From positions 50,532,001 to 50,596,000 of the forward strand of contig OZ076409.1 of the NCBI GenBank assembly GCA_964187785.1: 64,000 bases of DNA, given 5' to 3'. Below are positions 1-11,759 of the stretch, one piece after another (the first letter of the stretch is position 1; each line of letters begins with the position of its first letter). A program made the position numbers and the translations under genes. Source of the DNA: Amphiscolops sp. MND2022 (taxonomy: Eukaryota). The notes beneath the pieces were generated by a model, which saw nothing but the letters and a program-made list of their open reading frames with translations, did not search any database and was not told the DNA's origin.

Positions 1-3000
1 ATGTGGTTGTCACTTTTGATAAGATTTATATCTTTAGAGGAAATTTTTTTGATGTGAGGATTGATAGCCGAGAGCTTGTGGTGCCTGCTTTGCAAACAGG
101 AGGTTGTGCGTTGGAATTCCGCACAGGATTGGAAGATTTCTTCCATGTTTGCAAATCGAAATAGTTTTAGAAAGGTTTTTTTGTCGGCACAGTGCGGACT
201 TTCTCGAAAGTGGCATTTTGCAAACCCAAAGGGCCCCTCTTTCGAAATTTGGTACTCCGACTTCTAATAAAGTCTTTTTTCTCATAAACTTGTGTCTTTT
301 GATGACTTTAGTCAAAGAAAAGCAGTTTCTAAGTCTCGGGGTGCCCCATTTGTGTAATTTTGGCACTGAGATCAATGAGAATTTCCTCAAGAATGGACTT
401 CAAAGATATTCCGAAGACCTTTTAACCTTTGGTTTTTAAGAATCAAATTTAACCGCATTCCTGTTTGTAAGAAAATTGGACGATGGGGATTTTCGTGGAA
501 TGACTGCAAACTACCAAAGAATCCTGGAAAGTTGAAAGTTTTGAGGAATTTTTGTTAGAGCTTGTTTGTGATTTTTATAAATTTCTTGGATTAAATTTAC
601 AGGTGACAATGAATACCATTTACAGGTGACAGGATATAAACCCATCAGAATTTCCTCTGTTTCAGGATACGTCGTGGTATAATAGTTTTCAACCAAGAAA
701 TCAACACCATTGTTTGTATTTACATTATTTTAGCTCAATTTTGTTCCGTGTATCAGAGAAACGCAACATTTCCTTAGGAACATGTAACGTATATTTTTAG
801 TCAGAACTTTCAGTGAACCAAAATCGCCACACGTTTTACAGTCAATTTCTGTATTCAAGACAGAGACGAGTGCGACGAAACGGATAGGGCCGATCTGAAT
901 TAGCCTAAGATCTGACGTGTTTTAACAAATGCTAAAGAGTCATGCCTTCATATTTTCCCCAATTTTGCATCGACTACGAAAAAAAAGAGTAAAGGATCCT
1001 CGTTTTAGTTTGTTCCAACACTGTGCGACTGCATTCTGGATTTTTTAAAAAAATCAGAGAGTTGCCCCTTTAGTTATTTCGAAAATTGGATGTGAGAAAA
1101 GACTCTTTGAGGACCAAGAAGTACCCCTTGGGCACAATGCGACTCATTCAATTTTTTTGCTAAACCTAAGCGTCCCCTTCTATTTTCTTTGTTATTTTCA
1201 GTCAGGAAAAGCCTTTTTAAGCCCAAAGAGTGTTTGGCGGCATAGTGAGATTTTTCAGAACAGCTTTTTAGCGAATTTGAAAGGCTTGAAAATTTTGGAG
1301 CCTTCAGCGGTTCGCCAATTGAGACGCCCCGTTTTCTTTCAATTAAGATGTCGATGAAACTTATTTGAACATCACCGGGGAGCGCAAATATTGTGAAAGA
1401 TTCAGTGTTTCAATATAATATTGTAAAGTAATGAAATGATACAATGGAACATGTTCTATTGAAAAATTCGTCACACACTAGAAGGAAGACCTTTTACATG
1501 TAAATTTGTTCGTATTTTGCACTTTTACATGTAAGTGTTTTTGAGTTGTAACAACTATTGCTCTATCCCATTGCAAATAGCAAGTGTTTTTTCAATTTCA
1601 AGAAGCAACAAGTATAGTTCGAATCATTAATTTTGAAAAAAATGCCCGGAACATTCAACACTTTTGTATTTTAGTACCGCATATTGACAATGTATTGATT
1701 CGAAGTGCTACCAAGTGGCTTTAAGACTGTAAAAACTGAGAATATTCCAATTTTTAAGACAAAATGGATCGGACTTTGAGCAATCTGTTTTCTCGCAGTG
1801 TTTCATGACCTTTCTATAGCTCCAGACAGTCGTCATCCTGTCAATATTGTGTACTGTGATTAGTTTTTAGTTTTTTAGTTTCTTTCCATCGCACTGTTAA
1901 TGCTGTGTTTAAGGATCTGTAAAACTCTGTTATCAATCAAAGTTGTTTTCTAACTGATTCGCAACCCTAAAACTATATTGCATTTTTCCGAAAAATCTTC
2001 TTCAGATATATATTTTCCACTGACTCAACTTCAAACCTGAAATACCCGAAAAGAAGAACAGAAAAGTTTGTTCCCAGACGACCCTTGTTGAGTACCGGCA
2101 TTATTTGTTTGAATTATTCTAGCGATATCGTTTCTAGGGCTCGAGTGTAGCCGATACACTTTGAACTTTTTGACACGTTTTAGGTTTTTGGTTTGCCTTT
2201 GGCACTTTCTTTGAAAAATTTGTAAATCAAAATGTTGCTTAGTTGGTAATTATTGTTTTTGAACTTTTTTTGAAGTTCAAATATCTCCACGAAATTTTTG
2301 TCTCGAACCTAATGTTTTGGAAGTTTAATTTTGGGGAAGAATCTCGAATTTTTAAGTATAAATTGTAACTTGGCAAAATTAGTTTTTAAAAGTGGCTGAG
2401 AGATTTATTTTTTGTCTCAAATTAAATATGAGGGGAAAATCTTATTTCGTACCTGTGGTCCTCTAGGAATGAAACACAAAAAAGGTACCTCATTTGGTAG
2501 TAGATGGAAGATATATGAGCGAATTTTTTTGTTGATGTTCGGTCAAGATGTTCGGTGAAGTATCTTGACGTTCAAAGTATCTTGACCGAACATCATATAG
2601 TCGGACTTCTTGAAAATCGTTAACACAATTTTTGTGTAATACTTTAAGAGTATCGAAAATGTTTCAAAGAAAAAATGAGTACCGGGACTATATTCTGGCG
2701 CAATCATTTTGGCTACTCAGTGCTACTACAGGAATCTCGTATTCTAGTGAGGACTTTTTGCTGACTCTTACCCGCGAATCATAAAATACAGCTGCAACTT
2801 TCAAAAATTAAAAGACGTTTTGCATTGGGGCGCTTATAACTGTGTAAAATGGGCGCTTTTGACTGGGGTGCTTTTGTCTGGGGCGCTTTTGTGTGTACAC
2901 GGATCAAATGTTTGTATTTTAATGCCTGAACTTTTGGACTAGTGTCAAATATTTTTGACTTTTCTCAAGGATTAGATTTTCTGGCCGCTGTGTTTTCACT

Positions 3001-3622
3001 TGTTCGCTAAAATATTTAATGGCGGAAAATATCCCGCTGCTACTATACACAATCGCTAATATATTTAGTGGCGGAAAATATCCCGCCTTTCAGTGCGCGC
3101 CTCGGGTTTTCCATGCACAGTATAAATATATAAAAAGGCTTCCCTAATATTTCATTGTAATGTCATAAAGTCAAATCATTTTCCCACATCGAAGCGTGCC
3201 GAGGCAATCTGCTACCGTAAAGGAGTTTTCATTCTCCATTGAAGCAATCCCTTGCAAAATTCATCCCAATGTTGTAGACCTCTAGTCGCACTTATCCTCA
3301 ACTAAGTCGGAGATTTTCATTTCTCAAAAGACATGATACGTTTGCAGCATCCTTTGTAGTCCGGGATTTGTTCTTGATTAAAGATTTTGAATGGTCGAGT
3401 CTAGACCTCCTTTGCTTTTCCTTTGCTAATTTGAGGTTTCCGTGAGATTGAATCATATTAAGAAGGTATAATTTCAATATGTATACACCTTCTCGTTTGA
3501 AAAACTGTCCTTCTAATCAATTTCACTCCACTTCGTGCGTCTATGGCTATCTACATCCATAACCACTAATTAATGAATGGAAATTAAACTAATTAAACCA
3601 GCAGGAATCAATGAAATCTTTT

Positions 3623-3862
3623 AAAAGGAGAAATTTCAAGCGTGGACAAAATAATGGGGACGACAAATGACCAAAATTTCTATCAAATTCATACCTCCGG
3701 GAACCTGTTAAGGTCATTAACTTGAAATTTTCAAATAATGACCTGAAAGGCTGAAAATTTTCAATTAATGACCTCAACACGTTCTCATGAGGTTTGACTT
3801 TTTTTGGGAAATTCGGTCAATTGTTTGTCCCATTATTTTGTCCACGCTTGGAGCTTCCTTTT
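3623..3862. mobile_element. MITE-like inverted-repeat element
   Basis: CAAGCGTGGACAAAATAATGGG(G)AC and its reverse complement ~200 bp apart, with internal AGGTCATT...AATGACCT hairpins. No clear TSD. Confidence 0.55.
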
Positions 3863-5336
3863 TTCCAAACGTTTTTAATTCAGATTTATCAGTAAGCAGT
3901 GTTTAATTTAATGAGCACTTTATATTAAACAGTTAATTTTACGAGCATTTGATTCAATAATAAGCAGTGTTGGCAAAACGTGGGTTATTTTCGAGAAAAA
4001 CAGATTTACTATAATTTATCTTTAAAAAACAAGTTATTCACATCAGAAATGTTATATTTCAATTGACAATCACACGACAATTACAAATTGAATTGCCTGA
4101 GAAGAGAAGCCAATTTTTCTGCTTTCTCTACTCCGAACTTCTATCCTCTCAAATTGCCATAAGTAAATCGGAATGTCGAAAACATGCGTTCCAAGTCAGA
4201 TCACGAAGGAGTCGCTTTCGCAATAGTTCCTGCTAACGAAACAATTTGAATTGAAACCTAACTATCCACCCGATTTCCACCAAACCTCTGGGGACTTTCG
4301 CCAGAGAAAGAATACAAAAAATGTAAGGAAAAATAAATAATGTTGTTAGCTAAATTGAAATTTAATAACATGCCAACCTTGTTATTAAGTCTGCAAAATC
4401 GTACGCAATGCATACTTGAACGACTAAAGAGTCTTAAACCCACGTAGAACATTCTAAAAAAATTTTTTGACCATAACAAGGAAACAACTTAATAGTAGAA
4501 ATTCTACAACCAACTTTCCTTGTTATGGTTAAAAATCACGGGTTTATGCATTATTAAACTTTTTCGAGCTTTGGTTAAGTACCGGGTCTAAAATATTTTA
4601 GCCCTGAACAATTTTAGAAACAAACATCCAAACAATTGGTCAAAGTTGCTCAAAATTATCTAAATTCGAAGCAAATATCGTTTTAAAACGGTTTGACTTT
4701 TCGACACTTTCAGACTTTAGACACTTTTTTGATAATTGCATATGTTATGATCTTTATTTCTGGTCGTTGAATTCTTTGGAAGAAGCTCTATTTTCGCAGC
4801 GTGAAAATGGTATAAAACCATGAAAATGACTAAATTAATTAGAGAAACAGCTGAGATTAAATGTCAGTTTAACCATTTCGAAATTTTCTATGGAATAAGG
4901 GCAAAAAGTTACAAAAAGTACAACATGTGTTTGAGTTCCAATTATCCTAGGAGATCATGCAACAGGAATCAAGCGTACGTTTAACGTAAACTTTCAGAGT
5001 CTCTTGCCGTCAAAAATGATCTGCAACTATGAAAAAAAATGTGATGCACTTGGTGCTCTCATTTCAATGAATAATAAATTCAACTTCACCAGTAGATGAT
5101 TACGGATTTCTATTAATGATTAAGCAGAAGCGTATACAGCACGACAACTTCCATCAATTTTTATGACTTCTCAATTAAAGTAATTGCTTGGACGCCATTG
5201 AATTGATGTTCTCGTATAAACCTTCGATTACTGCCCACCACGTGATGCGGATGCTGGGCAATTAGACCTATGACAAAGTCGCCAGGTTTTAATTTGCTTG
5301 TTCTCATAATTTCCAGCAAAATTTCTCCAGAGACTG

Positions 5337-6351
5337 CCCGGGTTGACCCTCTTACTAGCATCTTGGCTGTCTTGGCAAGATCTTGTCAAATTCTTAGTAC
5401 ATCTTGGCAGCCATGGATCCCATGGCAAGATTCTTATTAAGATCTTACTAAGATAATACTTATTCCAAGATCGTATCTTATCACGATGGACAAAATTTTA
5501 AGATTATTAAAAAACACTATACCTTCGGTACAAGCAGCCGAGACTCAATCTAAAGGCTCATTTCACCCAACAACGACTATTTCTACTCGTTTTCATAATC
5601 AAAATGCTTAAACCTGCTGAAAAAATTTTGCATGCAAAAATGCGTGAAAAATTACGATAACGTAGTCTGGCTGCAGAAATTCTGACAAGAATCCTAATAA
5701 TTCCTCACCTGTTTAAGACTGAAAAATGCCGAATGTACCAAATGAAAGGTAATTTCAAGGGCTTTTCAAAACTTGTAATTTATCATTCCTGCCGATTCCA
5801 GAGACGGAGAAATATGCTCTCAAACGTCCAGATCCACTATCGGAAAGTTAAAAAGGAAAGACCTTAAAATCCTGAAATTTTTGTAAGAATCATATTTCCA
5901 GCTTTCTTTGAGCCTGTTTCAGCAGTCTTATTACTGCTAGAAACGGCGGTCATTGCTCTATTTTGGGTAATCATTCAGCTCAAGGCTTATCTGACGCCGT
6001 TGTTGGCGACAGTTTTGCAATTGAAAAAAAGTTGATATCGAAATGGTTGTAAAAATCATTCAGTAATTTTGTTTTGAGTGATGTCTTGATTATTTTTGCA
6101 TAACTCTTAATTTAATGGTTTTCTGATTCTACTTTTTCTCGATATCGAGCAGTTCGTAGCAATTTTTTTCTTGCCATATTCGGCTTCTTAGTAAGATTTT
6201 TCTTGGAAACATGGCTCTCTTGATAAGATCTTACCATGGCATCTTGCAATTCTTGGCAATATCTTGTCACGATCTTAGCTAAGAATTTTCCAAGATCTTG
6301 GCAAGATCTTGCCAAGATCTTACTAAGATATCCATGGAGGGTCGACCCGGG
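5337..6351. mobile_element. Non-autonomous DNA transposon (MITE) with CCC...GGG termini and 2-bp TSD (EnSpm/CMC-like)
   Basis: TIR CCCGGGTTGACCCTC / GAGGGTCGACCCGGG, TG on both sides, many CAAGATCTT subterminal repeats. Homologous to 23766-24750. Confidence 0.8.
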
Positions 6352-7510
6352 TGCATTCTTAACAAGAGAAGCATTTCCAATCATATTTGAACGCTGAATA
6401 CGATACGTTTCACAAGAAAACGATTCAAAGCACAAACTGTCCCGGAATTGCCGACTCATTTTTTTCTGATCATTTTGTAGAACTTTTCAGAGAATTGTTC
6501 TACATTGAATAGCACCGTTTACGAAAATGAAAAAACATATTCGACTTTCGGTAATCTTCGTTATTTTTCAACTCAAAAACTGACTGGCTTAGAAAATCCA
6601 CTTTTCCGAAGTCCAAGATGAAGTTCTGAATTCTTCAACTAGATAAGGTTTCTTTCAAATTATAAAGTTGGCCAATGTTTCGTAATTAGGAAATTACGAT
6701 TTCAACTGAATTGCAGCATTTTGAATCATTCAAACCATATCTAATAAACTTTATCAAACCGGCAGCGGCGTACAAAAGTTTTCATATGTACAAAATATTC
6801 ACACCACAATTCTACCGAACAATATGTACCTTGTCAAAGCTGTAACGGTTGTCCTGGAGTATATTTATAGGGTACCAAATATTTATAGCAACTACCAAAT
6901 ATGCTCCAAATACGCTCTACTAAAATTTAGCGTCGGGATATGGCTAGTTTGCCACTTTAAGGTTAAACAAGTCGGGAACGGCATAAGTCGGCGCCATATC
7001 TAAGGCTCAAAAATAGCAAAAGGACATGAAAGGGTCAAAAAACTCAAAGTATCACACTCACAAAAAGAGTATCAAACTCACGAAAAGCCCAAACGACCGA
7101 ACTGGCGCGCCACGAATGACTATTTTCCGATTTCTTGACAGCCTCTCTTTACTAAAGAATTCTTTTAGACGTGTCATTCAACTCAATTTGCAATAGATAC
7201 AAATGTAGTTGGAAATTCGGACTTAGTATATTTCAATCTAAAGTGAAAAGTTGGATGGTGTGTGCTAGTATTGTAAAGTGTTTTTGTGAAAGTAACAAGT
7301 CGAGAACAGCCTTCAGTCGGCGCCCCGCTTTACGCTCAAAAACAACAAAAGTACTTCAAAGTGTCAAGGATTTCCTTTTGAATGAATTCTCAATTTCATA
7401 CTGCCAAAAAACTCCATAGGACTTCAAAAGGGACTTTTGACTCAAAAAGTTATTCTGCTTGAACATCACCAAACACATCAGAAAACCAAAGAGTTTCTGC
7501 TTTGTTCCCA

Positions 7511-8088
7511 ACTTCTTGTTTTACGGTTTGCATTTTCGTATTTCGTTCTTTCGTCCGAACATTTTCATCTCCTATCCACAATTCTCACAGCGCAGCGGGG
7601 GCTGTGACGCCTACCCTATGGTGTTTTTGATATTTTTGAACAAGAAAAAGTGCTTTCAAACCCCAAGGGTCTCCCGTTTAATAATTCTACACAGTGCGAT
7701 TTTTCCAGGAAATTTCGAAATTTCTCATTTCAGCAAATGGTTCTCGATTCGGGTTTTTTCTGATGACATTTTTCCAGGAAATTTCGAAATTTCTCATTTC
7801 AGCAAATGGTTCTCGATTCGGTTTTTTCTGATGACATCAGAAAAAACCGAATCGAGAACCATTTGCTGAAATGAGAAATTTCGAAATTTCCTGGAAAAAT
7901 CGCACTGTGTAGAATTATTAAACGGGAGACCCTTGGGGTTTGAAAGCACTTTTTCTTGTTCAAAAATATCAAAAACACCATAGGGTAGGCGTCACAGCCC
8001 CCGCTGCGCTGTGAGAATTGTGGATAGGAGATGAAAATGTTCGGACGAAAGAACGAAATACGAAAATGCAAACCGTAAAACAAGAAGT
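7511..8088. repeat. Long inverted duplication (254-bp arm, 1-nt spacer at 7834) with a ~69-bp tandem duplication in the left arm
   Basis: 7835-8088 is the reverse complement of the left arm. The same peptide appears in ORFs 7459..7869(+) and 7799..8083(-). Confidence 0.93.
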
Positions 8089-9913
8089 GCAGTATTCGCT
8101 CATTTTTGTGAACATTTCAGTTAAAATAACAAGAATAAATGATTTACTAGAAGATAACAAACCAACAGTGGAAACAAGATGACACACATTTGCGATGCAA
8201 ACAAAACAAGACGCCTGTTATGCACCGGGAGATTTTCCGCCTTCAATTGGCTACCTATAGACGCTTCATCAAAAACTTACCTCCTCCTTGGTAAAACTTC
8301 GAATATAACGTGAAAGTTCGGATATAGCGCAATAATTTTGAAAATCTGCGTCCTCCTTAGTAAAACGCAATTTACTTCGGATATAATGTCAAAAGTTCGC
8401 AAATAGGGCTTCACTCCGGATGTTGCGTCAAAAATTCGGATACTATGTGAATAGAAGCAATCCCATGGACTCAAATGGGACATCCTGTGTGGCTGTTGCA
8501 CGATACGTGTAAGTAAGTAACTATCTGTGAGTAAGTAAATGAAGCAAGTATAGAATGGAGATTTGGCAGAATTTGGAAAAAAAAACGCAACACAGATCAT
8601 GATTTTCCTCCCCCATTTATGTGGGCGGAAAATAACGACTGGGAATTCCCAGCATTATGTTAGCAAAGCGAACCAGTCCATTAGTCGATAGCTCAGCCAA
8701 TCAGGAGCATGCAGGTTTTAATGGTTTGAAGCTAAATGAATGAAGTACAACAGTATTTGGATGGAAAAGGTGCTAAACTAAATTAGTGTTGGAAGAAAAG
8801 ACAATTTGCTGTCCCGTTTTACCTTATTTTCATTCCATTAGCAAGACGAATTTCCTTTACCTGAGTTGTCATCCCAGTCAACGTTGTCAGAAGTTGGCTG
8901 AGTTGCCACCCAAGCAGATTACTTCGTAGGATATAAATTTGTATTAAAACAACGCAATATTTTGTCGATTTTAGGGCTAGAAACAGCTTGATTTCTTATT
9001 AATCAATGTGCTAGAATGTGAAACGTGAATTGATTTGTCTGTGTTGTTTGCAGTGAATTTATTGTTTTGTATCCTGAAGAGAAATCTTGTTCTTTGGTAA
9101 ACGAACTGAGAAGACGTCCCGAGATTTTATCCTTTTCTATTCTTCGACAAAGCGTATTTTCTTTCTTTGTCCAGCTTTCTGGGGATTAGTGATACAAATT
9201 GTCCAATTCTTTGCATCCAAATTATCAAAACCATTTCATTATTTGTTTAAACAGTTGTTGATTTGAAAAACTCGATGGTAAATACTTGGGAGAATAAAAA
9301 GAGGGAACGATAAACAGGGGTTCAAGCATGAAGTGGAATCCCAGTTTTCTTTGAAGTCTTTTGAAATCGAAAGCTTTAATCCGAAAATTTTTTCCTAACT
9401 TCGATTTTCCTACCCTGAAGGGACGCTGAACTAAACAAGCTGTGAAGTATGCGTGCGGGATTTTTCTCGTGCGCCTAGTGGATAGTATTTATAGTTGATG
9501 CAGGATTAGGTCGAATTATATATTTGCAGTAATTCTATCTAGTTAGTTGTTGCCTATTTCACTTAACCCTTAACCTTGTTGATTTTACAACAAAAATCTT
9601 GTTGAAAAAGCCAAAAAAAAACGAAAAAAACGAAAACTTTTTGACTACAATCTCGAATGGATACCTGCTACATCCAATATAAACGAGAGGTCTTTCTGTC
9701 GAGGTAAGTAAATTTCAACGACAACTTTTTTCAATGCACATAGGTAGAGGAATTGATGTTTTTAAAGTCTGACGCGAGTGAGTTTAGTTTCAACTATTCA
9801 AACTGAGTTTTGGGTTTCGATAGTCGTAAAGAAATTTGAATAATTGTTTGAAGGTTTTTTCAAAAGTTCGATGATTTTTTGTCTAGCTCGAGCAGTGAAA
9901 CTAATATATTGTT

Positions 9914-10686
9914 TGTAACGGCAAGCTGTTATCGGTCGCTTAACGCGTTAACAGAGGTGGAGGAACCTGCAGAAATGGGTGAATCGCTCGGGACAGGCGC
10001 CCATCGCCACAGATCCATTTTGCCTCCAGGGGTGAAATACGTCCCGAGGCCGCGGGTGCTTCGACGAATACTGTCCAACCGGTCCCAGTCTTTAATTGCT
10101 AATAGTAACGGGCATCTTTCTGACTCTCTAAAGACCACCGCCTAACTAGCATATAAAAACAATGCCAAGAATAAGGTAAGTTTCCAGTTGCAGGGTGACA
10201 TGTGAATAAGATCTAAAATTGGGGAATAAGATCTAAATTAGCGCTAGCGCTACTGAATACAGCCAAAATCACTGAAAATACATGAAAACAGGCACGAATA
10301 TGGCAAACCACACAGCTAAAAAGCTGGGGCGCAGGGACTCCAAGCACCAAACAGTGATCTTTAGGCGAAAATACTCATTTTTACGGTTTCCGCTACAGAG
10401 TGTAGCATAATGCTGAAAATCGATAAAACCGGTGTTAGCACCTCAAAAAGAGTCTATTTTCAGTCGTTCTTGCCGTCTCTGGCTTCTGTCATGGCGGCGC
10501 GCCCGTATTTTTGCTCATTCTTGCTCTTTGTTGTCGAAGTACTTGCCAATTTCGTGGAAACAGCGAAAAGAGCAATCACATGCTCAGTGCCACGTCACAC
10601 ATCGGATTAGAATTTTTGACAAAATTTCTGAACATGTCAAAGTTGCAAAATCGGTTGATATTGCTGTACCAGAGCTTGCCGTTACA
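9914..10686 (-). repeat. 3' LTR of element A
   Basis: TGTAACGGCAAGCT...AGCTTGCCGTTACA. Direct repeat of 17708-18480, adjacent to the PPT. Confidence 0.93.
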
Positions 10687-10699
10687 TCACTCCCCGGGC
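10687..10699 (-). promoter_or_regulatory. Polypurine tract of element A
   Basis: GCCCGGGGAGTGA on minus, directly before the LTR start TGTAAC. Confidence 0.75.
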
Positions 10700-11759
10700 T
10701 TTATGCATGACGTCCCTGTCATGCGGAGAGGCTGGCATTGAATACATCGCCACATCATGAGTGCAATCCATGGGGGTATCAAACTGGTGATGTTGCAACG
10801 GTCCAGTGGCACTGTCATCTTTTGCTGATTCGGCAACCATGAGGTCTTGCTTCTAGCCATCCAGAGAACCTGCATCGTCCAGAAACTGTTGAAACAGAGC
10901 TAGCTCAAGAGCTAGAAAACCAGTACTCAAAAATGCACCTTGAAATTGATCAAATCTAAGATTCCATACATCAATCAAAAAAGCACCAGTTTTTTTAGCA
11001 CGAGTTTCCTGCAAAAGTCTGAATAGGATCCTGCTAGCACTTTGGTTTTTGGACGTCTAAAATTTCTTTTACGGAGCGCTCACGCTCCAAAGCGCACGTG
11101 GTCTTCAGCAAAAACATCTTTTCCACAGCAATAAAACTTCAGTTTGCAGCACAGTTAAAAGTTCTTTTCGCTAAAACTTCTTTTCAGCAGTAAAATCACT
11201 GTTTAAAAGGAAGACAAGCTGTTTCTTTGATTCTTTTTTTTACAGTTCGGCTTGGTTTGGGCAACACGCACTGATGTGCAGCTCCATACCTGTATAGAGT
11301 TCAGTAGCATCTGTCAAGGAGCGCATCAGAAGCAAACTACGAACTGCTCGTAAGAGTAAGCACTGGGGTAAAGCAGACAAAGGTAGATCAAATCCTGCTA
11401 TTTGCAGATCAGGAGCGCGCGCGCTCCTTATTTTTCTGGCTATCACGTTGGAATCTGGAGGAAACTTCTGGAAATCTTGGGAAAAAAATAGCACCTTTCG
11501 GGCGTAGCAATACATGTAAAGTTTTTTGGGTTACTTATTGCATTTATAGAAGTCACACTTCTCAAAGAAGCAGAGAAACAAAAATACGACGTTTACATGA
11601 CTAAAACTAAGGCTTTGACGTCAAGATTGAGTAATAGCTGCTTGAAGGTAGTCACACTGCCAAGTGTCCATTACCAAAGGTAGCGAAATCCTCAGGGCGT
11701 TGTCCGTGTACATTGAGTTGGAAGGAAGTGATATTATCCTCCACTGGGCTCCCCGGGCC

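Noticed and set aside
5337..6351. CRISPR-like array from recurring CAAGATCTT words
   Set aside because: Irregularly spaced short subterminal repeats of a MITE in a eukaryotic context, with no constant repeat-spacer structure.
7459..8083. Pair of convergent genes encoding the same peptide
   Set aside because: A by-product of the inverted duplication.
9879..10741. Small ORFs recurring at 9.9, 17.7 and 21.6 kb
   Set aside because: Chance ORFs inside the repeated LTR, crossing the LTR boundaries.
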